Under the pieces are notes generated by a model, which did not search any database, was not told where the DNA came from, and saw nothing but the letters and a program-made list of their open reading frames with translations. A program made the position numbers and the translations under genes. Below are positions 13,301 to 24,797 of a DNA stretch of 49,114 bases, piece by piece. Positions within the stretch are counted from its first letter, which is position 1. Each line of letters starts with the position of its first letter. This DNA comes from Chiloscyllium plagiosum (lineage: Eukaryota), in contig NC_057718.1 of NCBI RefSeq assembly GCF_004010195.1, positions 43,284,395 through 43,333,508 of the forward strand, given 5' to 3'.

Positions 13301-14400
13301 TTTATCAGCAGTGAGTTTCAGACTTTTATGAAGACAAATGGGGTAAGGCACATCTGCATGGCAATCTATCACCCATCCGCTAACAGTCTGGCTGAGCAAG
13401 TGATCCAGGTATTCAGCAGGAGCATGAGAAATCTAAGGGCAGGTTCTTTGGGAAATAAGCTTGCATGTTTCCTTTTCAATTATCGGAGAGCCCAACATAT
13501 AATGATGGGAGTACCCTTAATTGAACTATTGGTGGGCCAATGCCTTCGGACTAGGTTTAGCCTGACTTGACCAAACTTGGGCAGCAAGATTGAATTAAAA
13601 TATGAAGCCAAAAACAGGGGCCATGATGAGCATAGGCCAGACAGAAAGTTTAAACTGGGAATTAGAATCTACGTAAGGAATTTCAGTGACAGCTCTCCAT
13701 GGATTCTGGTGTTATCCTTAAAAAAATGGGGTGGTGTCTTACAGAGTTGAAACTGGAGAGAAGACTACAAAAAACACATTGAGCACCTCTGCGAGTGGGA
13801 ACCCTCCACCGAAGTAATTGTTTCAACAGGCACGCAACCACTGGCATCCTATGGACCAACTTACTGATAGGAAACTCCGTCCACTAAAAACTCAAGAGTC
13901 TGTCCTGAGAACTATCAGGACTGAGGCTCCGAGATGGAGACAGAGGTGGCAGAAGCTCAGTAGGAGATTGCCACTGAGTGGCTCTTTGATGGTCTTCACT
14001 GCAGAGACTTTTATCTACTGATTTCACCCCACACCCCATCTGAAAAGCAACAGGAATAGGGCAATGAGCAAAGTGATGCAAAAGGCCCCTATATCAGAGG
14101 AATGAGGGGGAACCCTCAGACTTGGAAGTTGAGGAATGAGCTATACCCTTACAAAGCCCAAGGGGAATCATTAATTAATCTCTTCATTGAACACATTGAG
14201 TACAAGTTTCCTTGGTAATAGGCAATGGCTTGTCCAGCTGGAACTCATCACCTGAGTGCTTTATAAAGCAGACTCAAGAATCTGGAGAATTATCTGTCCC
14301 AGGCTGGAACTAGTCAATGTACACCATGAGTAGTGTGTATTTTTTGGGTGTTCAACAATAAATGAGGTTCCTTTCCTGTTGGGCTTCTTGGGTTATTACA
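10360..14400 (+). mobile_element. Ty3/Gypsy LTR retrotransposon relic (PR-RT-RNase H-IN, putative 3' LTR)
   Basis: Protease INGCPLEMESDAGA (about 10535-10577); RT FYLDDLLISG (YLDD 11358-11369); RNase H LILTCDASAYG (11780) and EKEGLA; integrase HNSH...RSYAWWSGID (12954), VTDNG (13281), YHPSANSLAE (13366). Domain order is Gypsy-type. Putative LTR about 14170-14400 with AATAAA and terminal CA; no 5' LTR seen. Confidence 0.9.
12181..12688 (-). mobile_element. HE1 (V-domain) tRNA-derived SINE inserted in the Gypsy relic
   Basis: Minus strand: A box TGGTTTAGTGG, B box GGTTCGATTCC, V domain GTCTGTGTGGAGTTTGCACATTCTC...GGTTTCCTC; internally rearranged (see findings). Confidence 0.9.
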
Positions 14401-14504
14401 GTTACCTTGTTAGTATTGCATGCAAAATATTTATCCATCACCAATTCTTCTTTTCATTTGACTATGGTTACACAAAGGAGCATTTTTTTTCTCCTGCATG
14501 ATGT

Positions 14505-15440
14505 GAAAAGCAGAGACAAAATAATCATATGCTGGAATCTGAGGTAGGCAGGAGGCTGGAAGAACACAGCAAGTCAGGCAGCATCAGGAAGTGAAGAAGT
14601 CAACATTTCGGATGTAACCCTTCTTCAGGACTGGGAGTGGGTGCAGGGGAGCTGTAGATAAAGAGGGGGATGGGAGACAGTTTTGGGTGGGGAGAGGGGC
14701 AGATTGGTGATGTAGAGATAGGTGAACACAGGTAGAAGGTATGACCTGGTTGGTCAATGGGAACAATGAATTCGGTTGGTAGGTGGAAGGAAGGGTTGAT
14801 CAGAGGAATGGAAGGGAGTGGGAGGAGCTGGAAAGGGAGCTGGGGAATGGGAAGTTGGAGAACTCAATGTTGAGTCCTCCAAGCTGTAAGCTGCCAAGGT
14901 GGAAGATGAGGTGTTGTTCCTGCAAATTGCGGTCCGATTTGCTGTGTCAACGGAGGAAGCCAAGGATGGTCATGTTGAAAAGGGACTGGGAAGGGGAATT
15001 AAAATGGGCAATGACTGCAGATCTAGCCGAGAGGCTTGGTGAAATGTGCTGAGTTTACGTTTGGTCTCACTGATGTAGAGAAGACCACATCGGGAGCACC
15101 AGATACAGTGAAGTCGGTTGGAGGCAGGTGAACCTCTGTCTCACCTGAAAGTACTGTTTGGGGCCCTGGATGGAGGTGAGGGGGGATGGTATGCCTGGAG
15201 GTTTAATATTTTTTCCGGTTGCAGGGGAAGGTACCATGGTGTTTGGGGGTGTTGGTGGCGGGAGCGGTGCAAACCAAGGATTGGTGAAGGGAACTGTCCT
15301 TGCGGAAGGCAGAGAGGGGTGGGGAGGGGAAGATGTTGTTGTTGGTGGGGTCTAATTGGAGTTTGCGGATGTGTTTCAGGGATGATATGTTGGATGCGGA
15401 GACTGGTGGGCTGGTAGGTGAGGACAAGGGCGTTGTCATT
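14505..15440 (-). mobile_element. Penelope-like element, 5'-truncated (linker, GIY-YIG remnant, pLTR)
   Basis: ORF 15203-15439(-): LQLDPT...IFPSPPLSAFRKDSSL..SLV...GTFPCNR, homologous to ORF 47497-47910(-); followed by FQVRQRFTC and a pLTR with hammerhead. Confidence 0.85.
14598..14632 (-). ncRNA. Minimal type I hammerhead ribozyme motif in PLE pLTR
   Basis: Minus strand AGUC-CUGAAGA-A-GGGU(UAC)AUCC-GAAA-UGUU-GACU: conserved core, stem I AGUC/GACU, stem II with one G-U, loopless stem III. Confidence 0.7.
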
Positions 15441-17544
15441 ATGTTCTACTAATTTCAGCTGAACTTCCAAAGAGCCATGTTAAAAAAATGATATATTTTT
15501 TTAAGTCATTAGCAAGTGAAATCTATTAGATCTGGAGAAATTGTCACATGTAAGTTTAGCTCTGGCAAAAGAAGCACCAAGTATTTCCAAGAGTACAGAT
15601 CATTTCCATGAGTAAGAAGAGATTCCAGAGCCTAGCTGCTCACTTTCTTATCATTCATCTATCCATAATCAGCCTTATTCCAGAAGTAGCTACAGACATA
15701 TCTCACTACTGGAATTCAGGGTGTCATTTTCATTCTTCTTTCCAATTAGTTTCTGTTCTTTCTTGACTTTTCACTTTCTATTGTCACCAATGTTAGAATC
15801 TCACAATAGCTTACCCAATGGTTGGATTTGCTCAATTTTCATCTTATCAAATCAGCCTCAAGTTTCAAGATGTCAGGATGACAATCTTCCTGAATTGTAC
15901 CTTGACATATTAAATACCTCTTTCGAGGCTTATTGCCACTACATTACAATTTCTTGTAGTTACTTGTCCTCATAGCTCACCAACATATTTATCCCACTCT
16001 GGGCATTTGTGCAAATGGACTGCACACCCATTTGAATGCACTTACACATTCCCACTGATCCATTCCATACCTGATTTTTTAAAATTCTAATTATTCTTGT
16101 CTCTCAGTGAAATTTTCTCTCTGTCAGGTTTAATATCCATGGGACACCCGAGATCCTTGTAACAGACAATGGGACCAATTTATCAGCAGTGAGTTTCAGA
16201 CTTTTATGAAGACTTTTATGAACCCTCATATCAGTTTCACTGCCGAATTATTTCAAATCTTCTCCTGTGACTGAATTGGTACTTCGAGTTCTGAGAACAG
16301 GTTCCGAACCTATATTTCTGATGAGGTAATTGTACTTGATTTGGAGACAATCTTACTAAGCGTGTAGAGAAAATAAAAAGAAATTTCCATTTAAGAGACA
16401 GAAACTAATAACCAAAATTTGCTACTATGGGGGTGGAGTTCATTACTAAATTACCTTCTTAAAGACAATGAGGGATGGCAAAAAAATGCTACCCTTTGCA
16501 GCGAGACCCACATCCTGTGAATGAGGAAAGTTTCCTTTTCTAGAGCTCCAAGCAGCCAACTTATGAATGATCTTGGGAGAAGCAAAGGAAATTGTCGTCA
16601 TCTCAGTTAGGCGAAGATGCATTATGCAGCCAAAATTAAGAGTAGAAGAAACCTCTGGGAAAACAGTGAACAGATAAACAACAAAACTAGAAATTGCTTG
16701 AAAGTCTTGTTCTATCCAATGCTCCAGAGTGTATTCCACAGTAATGATCCATAAATCCCTGTGAATGCTTTCTGTTCATAATAAATAAGAAGTGAATTAT
16801 CTTTACATGGAGTGACACTAAACTGTGGACAAGAATACAATACACGGCTTTCAGTTACTTATTTGATCCACTTACATTTGTATTGTTGTACATCTGATTG
16901 TGCTCCCACTTTATAAATAGCTCAACATTTATAGATGGCAGATGGGTAGAAGTGCATTATAATATAACTAAACCTCTTATAATCGAACCAATAATTTGTT
17001 TTCTTTTTAAAATGGTGTTTGACATTATTCAAGCTCATCAGCTGTGTTCCAGCCTTGTAATAGTCCAACCATCTGTTTGCTGACTATCCCCACCACTTCA
17101 GTCAGTTTGAGTACACAAGGAGTACTGGCCAGTTAATTGTGAACTTTATGATAGTACTCCAAACATAGCTCCCCATGAATTTCTTATTTATTCATGTAAC
17201 TGTGATCAGGCGTAAGCAGAGGTTATATTCGGAAACAGAACTTTTGGAGGGCAGCAGCCCAGAGTTGTTCTGACATTCCTTTCACCACGTGGCCATTCAG
17301 CACATTTTAACCTGACAAAGAAGACTGCACAGAGACTAAGAAACTATATCTGTAAAAAAACAATTAAAATATTTTTGGAATGTTCAAGTATCTTTGATTC
17401 CTTCTAAAAACTCCATTCACTAGCTACCAACTGCATCTTGGCAACTGTTTAAGATTCAATTGGTTCACAAATTTGATTTAAACCTTGATCTGACCACTTA
17501 TTAGTAAGTCTGTCTAAATACAGTTCTGTAATGTTGCTAATTCT

Positions 17545-17848
17545 GCCTCTGTCTCAGCCAATTGCTAATGAGACCCTCATTCATGTGTTTGACAAGTCCA
17601 TACTCCATGAACTCATTGCTCCCTATGTCTGTAATCTCCTTTCACCTGACAACCATCAGGATACCTATTATTCTCTTGCAATGCTGACCTCTTGCACACA
17701 ATTTTCATTAGTGACAATGACTTCAGTAACCCAGGTCCTAAACTCTGGAATTCCCTCTCCAAATGTTCTACACCTCTGCTATAATATCCTTGCAAAGCAC
17801 CTTGGGACATTTATTATGTTAAAGATGCAATAGAATACAAGTTATAGA
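17545..17848 (+). mobile_element. L2 LINE 3' end, decayed
   Basis: ETLIHVF remnant, ctctggaattccct, and tail aaagcaccttgggacatttattatgttaaagatgcaatagaatacaagtt. Confidence 0.65.
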
Positions 17849-18200
17849 ATCATACAGCACGGAAACTGACCCTTCCATCCAACTCACCAATGCCGACCAC
17901 GTACTCTAAACTGAACTAATCCCATTTGCTGATGTTTGGCCCACATCCCCGTAAACCTTTCCTATCCATATACCTGTCCAGCTGTCTTTTAAATTTTGTA
18001 ACTGTACTCACCTCTACCACTTTGTCTGGCAGCTCATTCTATGTACATACCACCGTTTGTGTGGAAGAATTGTCCCTTAGGTCCCCTTTGAATCTTTCCC
18101 TTCTCACCTTAAACCTATGCCCTCTAATTTTGGATTCCCCTACCCTTGAAAAAAAAACTGTGGCTATTCACCTTATCTATGCCCTTCTGATTTTATAAAC
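17845..18200 (-). mobile_element. CR1 3' end
   Basis: tagaatcatacagcacggaaac...cccttc tail plus C-terminal ORF2 remnant. Confidence 0.85.
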
Positions 18201-18289
18201 CCTGATGAAAGTTGTTCATGAAATGTTAATGATTTATCTCTGCCAAGTCTGTTTGGACGTTAAATTTTCAAGGTTTAGAAAATACCCAG

Positions 18290-18900
18290 TTCTATCCTTT
18301 ACAGTTCTCAAGTGTGAGACTTTGCATTTGCTAACATTGAAATTAATTTGCCCCAGTTTCCATTGGTTCACTTAAGACTCAATGTCTCACTGTAATTTCC
18401 CATTTCTTTTGACACTGTGTGCAATACCATCTCGCGTTCTGTCATTAGCAAAGTGACTTTCTGTCCCATCATCGAAGTCGTTCATAAATGCATTGAATAG
18501 TGAAGGCTCCAATGCAGCATTCCACCACAAGTCACATTCTGCCATTTCCTTTGTTCTCTGTCTTTTTTTCAGCCTATTTCCTAACCAGGTCAATAAAGTT
18601 TCATGAGATTCAACGTTAGCTAACAGAGAGACCTAATCTAATACTTGCTGGAATATACCCATAGACATTCCCTGTCCGCCACTATACATCACCTCTTCAT
18701 AAATTTCAATATGAACTGGTCTTTATAAATCCACACCCCGTCTCTGACCAGCTGAAATGTTTCAGTCACACTGTTCCCGATAATAGACTCTGGCAATTTC
18801 CCAGCAACAAATGTTACATGAACTGGTCTACAATTCCCTGCAATCCCTCTGTCACCTATCATAAATAGCAGAGTGATGTGAGGAGTTTTTCAATCCAAAG
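18290..18900 (-). mobile_element. Older CR1 RT fragment
   Basis: ORF 18387-18593(-): LEPSLFNAFMNDFDDG...HFANDRT (degenerate RT motifs). Confidence 0.7.
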
Positions 18901-19156
18901 GAATTATTCCTCAATTGAGTGAATTTTCATATAGTTCATCCTCGATGGCCTTAACCTCATTGGTGGCAATGCCTCAGCAACGGCCCTTCCAAAATGATTA
19001 GCACCACCTCCTCAGTGAGAGTTAGAACACACAGGGTATTTCTCCCCCTCTAGTTAGTTCCTGCTGCATCCAATTGTGTGTTGCTTTATCCTATGTGGAA
19101 TGTGTAGCATAGAAACAAGCCATTCAGCCAACCAGTCCATGCTGGTATTCATGTTT

Positions 19157-19656
19157 NNNNNNNNNNNNNNNNNNNNNNNNNNNNNNNNNNNNNNNNNNNN
19201 NNNNNNNNNNNNNNNNNNNNNNNNNNNNNNNNNNNNNNNNNNNNNNNNNNNNNNNNNNNNNNNNNNNNNNNNNNNNNNNNNNNNNNNNNNNNNNNNNNNN
19301 NNNNNNNNNNNNNNNNNNNNNNNNNNNNNNNNNNNNNNNNNNNNNNNNNNNNNNNNNNNNNNNNNNNNNNNNNNNNNNNNNNNNNNNNNNNNNNNNNNNN
19401 NNNNNNNNNNNNNNNNNNNNNNNNNNNNNNNNNNNNNNNNNNNNNNNNNNNNNNNNNNNNNNNNNNNNNNNNNNNNNNNNNNNNNNNNNNNNNNNNNNNN
19501 NNNNNNNNNNNNNNNNNNNNNNNNNNNNNNNNNNNNNNNNNNNNNNNNNNNNNNNNNNNNNNNNNNNNNNNNNNNNNNNNNNNNNNNNNNNNNNNNNNNN
19601 NNNNNNNNNNNNNNNNNNNNNNNNNNNNNNNNNNNNNNNNNNNNNNNNNNNNNNNN
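19157..19656. other. Assembly gap (500 N)
   Basis: Exactly 500 N; a round number typical of a scaffolding placeholder of unknown true size. Confidence 0.98.
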
Positions 19657-19659
19657 GAA

Positions 19660-20240
19660 AGGAGGAGAGAGAGGAATAGAGTTGGAAAAGTTAAGGAGGG
19701 CAATTGCAGAACTTCAGACCAAGAAGACATGGTTCCAGTGGTAGAGTGATTAAAATAAGGAAGGAAAATATTAATTTTGGAGTGCAGTTTAATGGAAGTC
19801 AGTACAGATCAACAATCACAGGGCGAAACACGAACAGGACTTTCTGTGAGTTAGGATGTAAGAATTTTGGATATCCTGAGGGCTAAAATGGTGTGTGAAT
19901 TGGTCCAAAAATATGCATGGTGGTATGGTGTGGGTGGTGGTATGCCAGTATCAATGTATGCAGATGAAGGGTCAAAGTCGGCTGTGTCCATGAGGTGTAT
20001 AGGAACGTTGTGATGACAACAGAGTCAGAAGGAAGTCCCAGAGAAACAAGCGATAAGTTGCGGCTGGGGATAACTGCTCTGACTTTACCCTCAGGAATTG
20101 GAGGCACCTAGCTTTATTCCAAGCGGGAGAGGAGAATTGGGAGCTGCTGCATAGGAGGGAGCAGGTTGAGCTAATAATGAGATGCAAATGCATGGAAATA
20201 AGGTACTGGTTGCTCATTAGTGAGATTCTGAACTCATCAT
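19660..20240 (-). mobile_element. L2-like LINE fragment
   Basis: Purine-rich plus strand with L2-like phrases (agagtcagaaggaagtccc, gggagctgctgcataggaggga); no intact motif. Confidence 0.45.
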
Positions 20241-20819
20241 TTGAATTTTATGGGGAAAATCAGAATTTTGTGTCTTGATGGCAAGATTCCAATTTTGTAA
20301 TTTTCACCAAATTTCTCAACTGTCTTGTAATAGCCAATGCCATTCAAGAGAGTAGATAATTCACCCGTTGTGTTTCAACGTCTATCTTTTAAGTAATGCT
20401 TCAGGCTTACTTTACTTACCCACAGATATCTATCTTTTGTTCCCCTCCCCCTTTAGTAACACATAGAAATCATCTATTTTTCATTTTAACTATTTCATAT
20501 GTAATTATTTCTCATTGTTGATCAGTCAACTCATTTCTATTCTTTGTGGCCCAGGTAATTTGGAATAGTTATCTTTTTACCTCACTGAACTCTGCCAGTT
20601 TGTAGTCCAACATCCTCATCTCTGATTTTTCATTATCCTCTGATATTTTCAAAATTCATGTAACTATTTCATGGTTACTAAGACTCAATTGTCTTCTACT
20701 CACACATCAGTTATGGAGTCCACTTCATATACCAGAACTAAATGAAATAATTCTTCCTTCCTGGCCTAAAATCATTCAATATGATTGGTCTCTTATTCTT
20801 TCTGATATCTCCAAACTGA

Positions 20820-21358
20820 CCAATTTAGGCCCGTTATCTAAGAAAAGATATTTGAGGCATCAGAGGCAGACCAGAGAATCTTCACTCGGCTGACACCAGA
20901 TAGGGAGGTACTGTTTTATGAAGAGAGGCTGAGGAGGTTGAAACTAAACTTGTTAGAATATAGAAGAATTTAGGATAACCTAATTGAAACATACAAGATT
21001 CACTGGGGCCTTAACAGGATAGATGTAGAAAGGTTGTTCTCTCTTCTGGGAGAGCCGAGGACCAGAATACGTAATATCAAAACAAAGGGTCACCCATTTA
21101 ACACAGAGACAAGGAGGTATTTCTTCTTTCAGATGGTCATGAATCTTTGGAATTCTTTACCGCAGAGCTCTGTCAGCTAGGTCATTAAACAAACTTAAGG
21201 CTGAGATAGATTTTTAATGAGAAAGGGAATCAAGGGTTAAGGAGAAAAACCAGGAAAATTGAGCTCAGGGTCATTAGATTGGCCATGATCTCATTAAATG
21301 GCACAACAGACTTACTGGGCTGAATGGCCTACTACCGCTCTTACATTTTATGGTCTTA
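20820..21358 (+). mobile_element. CR1 3' portion
   Basis: FYEERLRRL.L..LEYRRI.D.LIETYKI; tail gggctgaatggcctact. Confidence 0.85.
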
Positions 21359-23004
21359 ATATTAAAGAGATCTCTTTCTGTGCTTGACAGAGGCATAGAA
21401 AATAAATGAATGCTCAGACAAAGAAGGAAGCGTTGGGAAACATAAACAAAACTTGGTGGATGAGGAGGGTTTTATTAGAATTTCACCTTGGGTAAGAAGT
21501 GGATATTCAAGCATCAGCTAAGTACGTGGGCACTAATTGTGGACTGATATAGGAGGGGAGGATGCACATGAGGCTAGGATCAGAAGAGTAGAGAGTTTAT
21601 TGGAGTGATTTTGCTGCTGAGGGTTTTTATACAGATAGAGGGCAGTGACACTTAGTGAGGTTAATTATTTAAGAAAACAATGTGTAAAAATGAACTAACA
21701 GTGGTAATACTCATTTTATGAACCCAGTGCGGTTCAATATCAATGAAACTTTTATTAAGCAACAACATCACTGAAACTTTTATTAAGCAACAATACTTGA
21801 AGGTGGCACTATGCTTTTTTTTAACCTCTTGTGTCATTACCACTTGAGGCAATCCAGAATGTAATCTGCCCCCCACTAAGAAGGGTTTCTCCAAAAATAA
21901 TTGTATCAATAGTTAGAATGCAGAATGTTTGCTTTGCACACACTTTACTGGTTTTGACATTTATTTGCATTAGTCATTGAATAAGGTTGAATCTTCAAAT
22001 GAACAGACTTTTTAATATACATAACTATTGTTTAAAGCTTCTGCCCAGTTGTGACAACTATTGCACTTTAATCCTAACTTCAGTTAAGAGTGAAAAGAGA
22101 TGTAGACCTCTGTGTACAAGGTCAACTAGTGTTTCAAGAAGACACCCACAAAGGTAGCGCAAGAGTACTAATACTTAGTTTTAAGTTTTAGCCAGTGCCC
22201 TGAAGCTATTCCTCTATTTTTTATACATTATATTTGCAGCGGCAGCTGCTGCTGCTGGCTATTCTCTAGAGACTTAAACCGTTGACTTGAGGACCATTAC
22301 CTGAACAAAAACAGTGATATGGAAACAAAATGGATACAGAAACAGCCTTAACCAAACTATACTCACACCATCACTTCAAAACACCAGAGATTAACTAGTA
22401 GTGACACTTAGAAAGACTGTAGAGCCTCTTTATTTCCCAAGCATTTAGCATGAATAAAGACAAATGATAAAGAAATAGGGCATGTGCATTTTTCACAGCA
22501 AAAGTGAAGAACTACTTTGAGCATTTTATGTAGGTGACTTTATTCAGTCGTTTGTTAGAGCTTTTCTGTTTTTCTTCATAGAAACAGCTTTCATCAAATG
22601 AAAATATAGAGCAGCCTGAAAGATGGAATTTCTCTGTGGCCACTGTCAAACTCACCACCAATTAGTTAATGGATGCTGTATTAATGTTGGAGTGGGCAGG
22701 TATTGCCAACCTACGATTTAGAATCCATTGATTTTGGAAAGAAGTTAATAAGCATGTAAAGAAGAGAAAAGAGTGGTATCTGATATCGCAGCATGAGACT
22801 GAGATTTACAAAATGACTCATTGCTACTTCATGGACAAAGCACAATATCATAGGAGGAGAACAAAACCTTACTTTTAAAAGAACCACATCTCATGATACG
22901 CATAACGAACATAAGCAAGGAAAGGAATGATCGTTGCAAATGTGAATAGAAACACAGGAAAGAATTATTTTGAAAGGGAAACTGTGCACCTCACACACTC
23001 TCAG

Positions 23005-23400
23005 GATATGGTAAAACAATTTACAACCAATGAAATACTTTTCAGTTATGGTCCCTGTTGGAATGTAGGAAATACAACAGCCTACTTCTGCACAAAAATA
23101 GCAATGTGATTATAACCAAACACCTTGTGTTTTACTGATGTTGATTGCAAGATAAATACTGGATAGGGCAGCGACAATAAGTCAGTTGATCATTTTCAAA
23201 ATTTTGCCTTGGAATCATTTATGTTCATTGAACAGTGCTGACAGGATCTCAGCTTGACATATAATCTCAAAAGATCTACTCTCAAAAGCACAACTTACTT
23301 TAAGCTCTGCACTGGAGTATCACAGCTTAGGTTTTCATACTTTAATCTTAAATGAGACTTAAGCCCACAACACTGTTAACAACTAAGCCATGGCTGATGT
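23005..23400 (-). mobile_element. Deu-domain SINE (SacSINE1/AmnSINE1-related), highly decayed
   Basis: From memory, resembles the reverse Deu domain (gctgacaggatctcagcttgacat...tctcaaaaga...ctgcactggagtatcacagcttag), with a tRNA-head remnant near 23350-23398. Confidence 0.6.
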
Positions 23401-23774
23401 CATATCTGCTGAGAGTTTGGATAGAACACAGATGAATGTCAAAATGGAAAATAGTTACTTAGGTGACATATTTGAGGATAGCTATTGGACCCTAGCCAGA
23501 CTCACCAGATTCATGACAGCAGGCATAATTGGGGTGGGAGGATATATAAAAATGAAATTAATGAAGTCATGTTCAGAATTCATAACACTATTTTACATCA
23601 GATACTGAAAGGCCATGGTATGGGCCAAAGGTAGGTCTTTGCTTCTCTTGCCTGCTGATGCTTCATCCAGGGCAGTTTTTGGTTTGCCAAAATCTTCCAC
23701 TCTCAGGTACATGAATTGGATCTGTCATGTTGGTATTATTTAGAAGCACACACATACACTAACCATTTTATCAG

Positions 23775-24184
23775 TTGAGCTAAGGAAAGACTGAGACACT
23801 TGGGGCTGTTTTCATTAGAGAAAAGAAGGTTTAGGGGTGACTTGATTGAGGTGTACAAGATGATTAGGGGGTTAGATAGGGTTGACAGTGTGAACCTTTT
23901 CCCGCGTATGGAGTCGGGTATTACAAGGGGGCATAGCTTTAAATTAAGTGGGGTAGATATAGGACTGAAGTTAGGGGTAGGTTCTTCACTCAGTGAGTCG
24001 TAAGTTCATGGAATGCCCTGCCAGTAGCAGTGGTGGACTCTCCCTCTTTATGGGCATTTAAGCGGGCATTGGATAGGTATATGGAGGATAGTGGGTTAGT
24101 ATAGGTTAGGTGGGCTTGGATCGGCGCAACATCGAGGGCCAAAGGGCCTGTACTGCGCTGTATTCTTCTATGTTCTATGTTCTA
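23775..24184 (+). mobile_element. CR1 3' end, relatively young
   Basis: GLFSLEKRRFRGDLIEVYKMIRGLDRVD; CpGs retained; tail (TTCTATG)n. Confidence 0.9.
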
Positions 24185-24194
24185 ACCAATTCTA

Positions 24195-24295
24195 CCCATT
24201 TTTCTAATCAACCTGTTCAGTGATGTTATTACCTACCTTGGAGCGGGTGGAACTTGAACCTAGGCCTCCCGGTCCAGGTAGAGACATTACCACTA
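24195..24295 (-). mobile_element. Short tRNA-derived SINE
   Basis: Minus strand GTGGTAATGTC...GGCCTAGGTTCAAGTTCC (A-box end, B box). Confidence 0.55.
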
Positions 24296-24559
24296 GCAAT
24301 ACACATGATTAAATATTAGGCATCCTCATCATTCATTGCACTTGCTCACTAAAACCCTGAAAAAATAACTTCTGGTTCATTGTTTCTTGGAATGTGGAGA
24401 GCACTGCAAGGCTGCCAATTATTTCCCATTTCATTATTTCCCTGAGAAGGTGGTGCTGGATATTCTTCTTGAATCTTTGCAGCATGTTAAACATGATCCC
24501 ACAATGCTGTTAGATTAAGAGCTCCAGTATTTATGGTCTGATCTGAATGTACGGTCATG

Positions 24560-24797
24560 ACAGTTGTGTTCCTCTGCAACCCGAGCTGTAGAAAATCATG
24601 CTGTGGAAAACTGCTTTAGAAATTCGCACTGCCGAAGATTGCTAATAGAAAATTGTGCTGTCGAAGACCGCTAATAGAAAATTGCTAAACCCGATCAGTA
24701 GAAATTTTGTGTTATCCAAACAACATCCACAATTTGTCAATCATGTCATAACCAATTTGTGCTGACAAAATGCTCATTATATCAGAACGACCTGTGC
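24560..24797. mobile_element. Tc1/mariner-pogo type MITE remnant
   Basis: Ends acagttgtgttc.../...atcagaacgacctgt (imperfect TIRs); internal AGAAAAT(T/C)G repeats; related to 26545-26757. Confidence 0.45.

Noticed and set aside
19076..19744. 222-aa and 193-aa ORFs
   Set aside because: Artefacts of translating through the N gap.
24586..24710. Spaced AGAAAAT repeats as a CRISPR-like array
   Set aside because: Short, degenerate internal repeats of a MITE in a vertebrate genome; no constant repeat/spacer structure and no cas genes.
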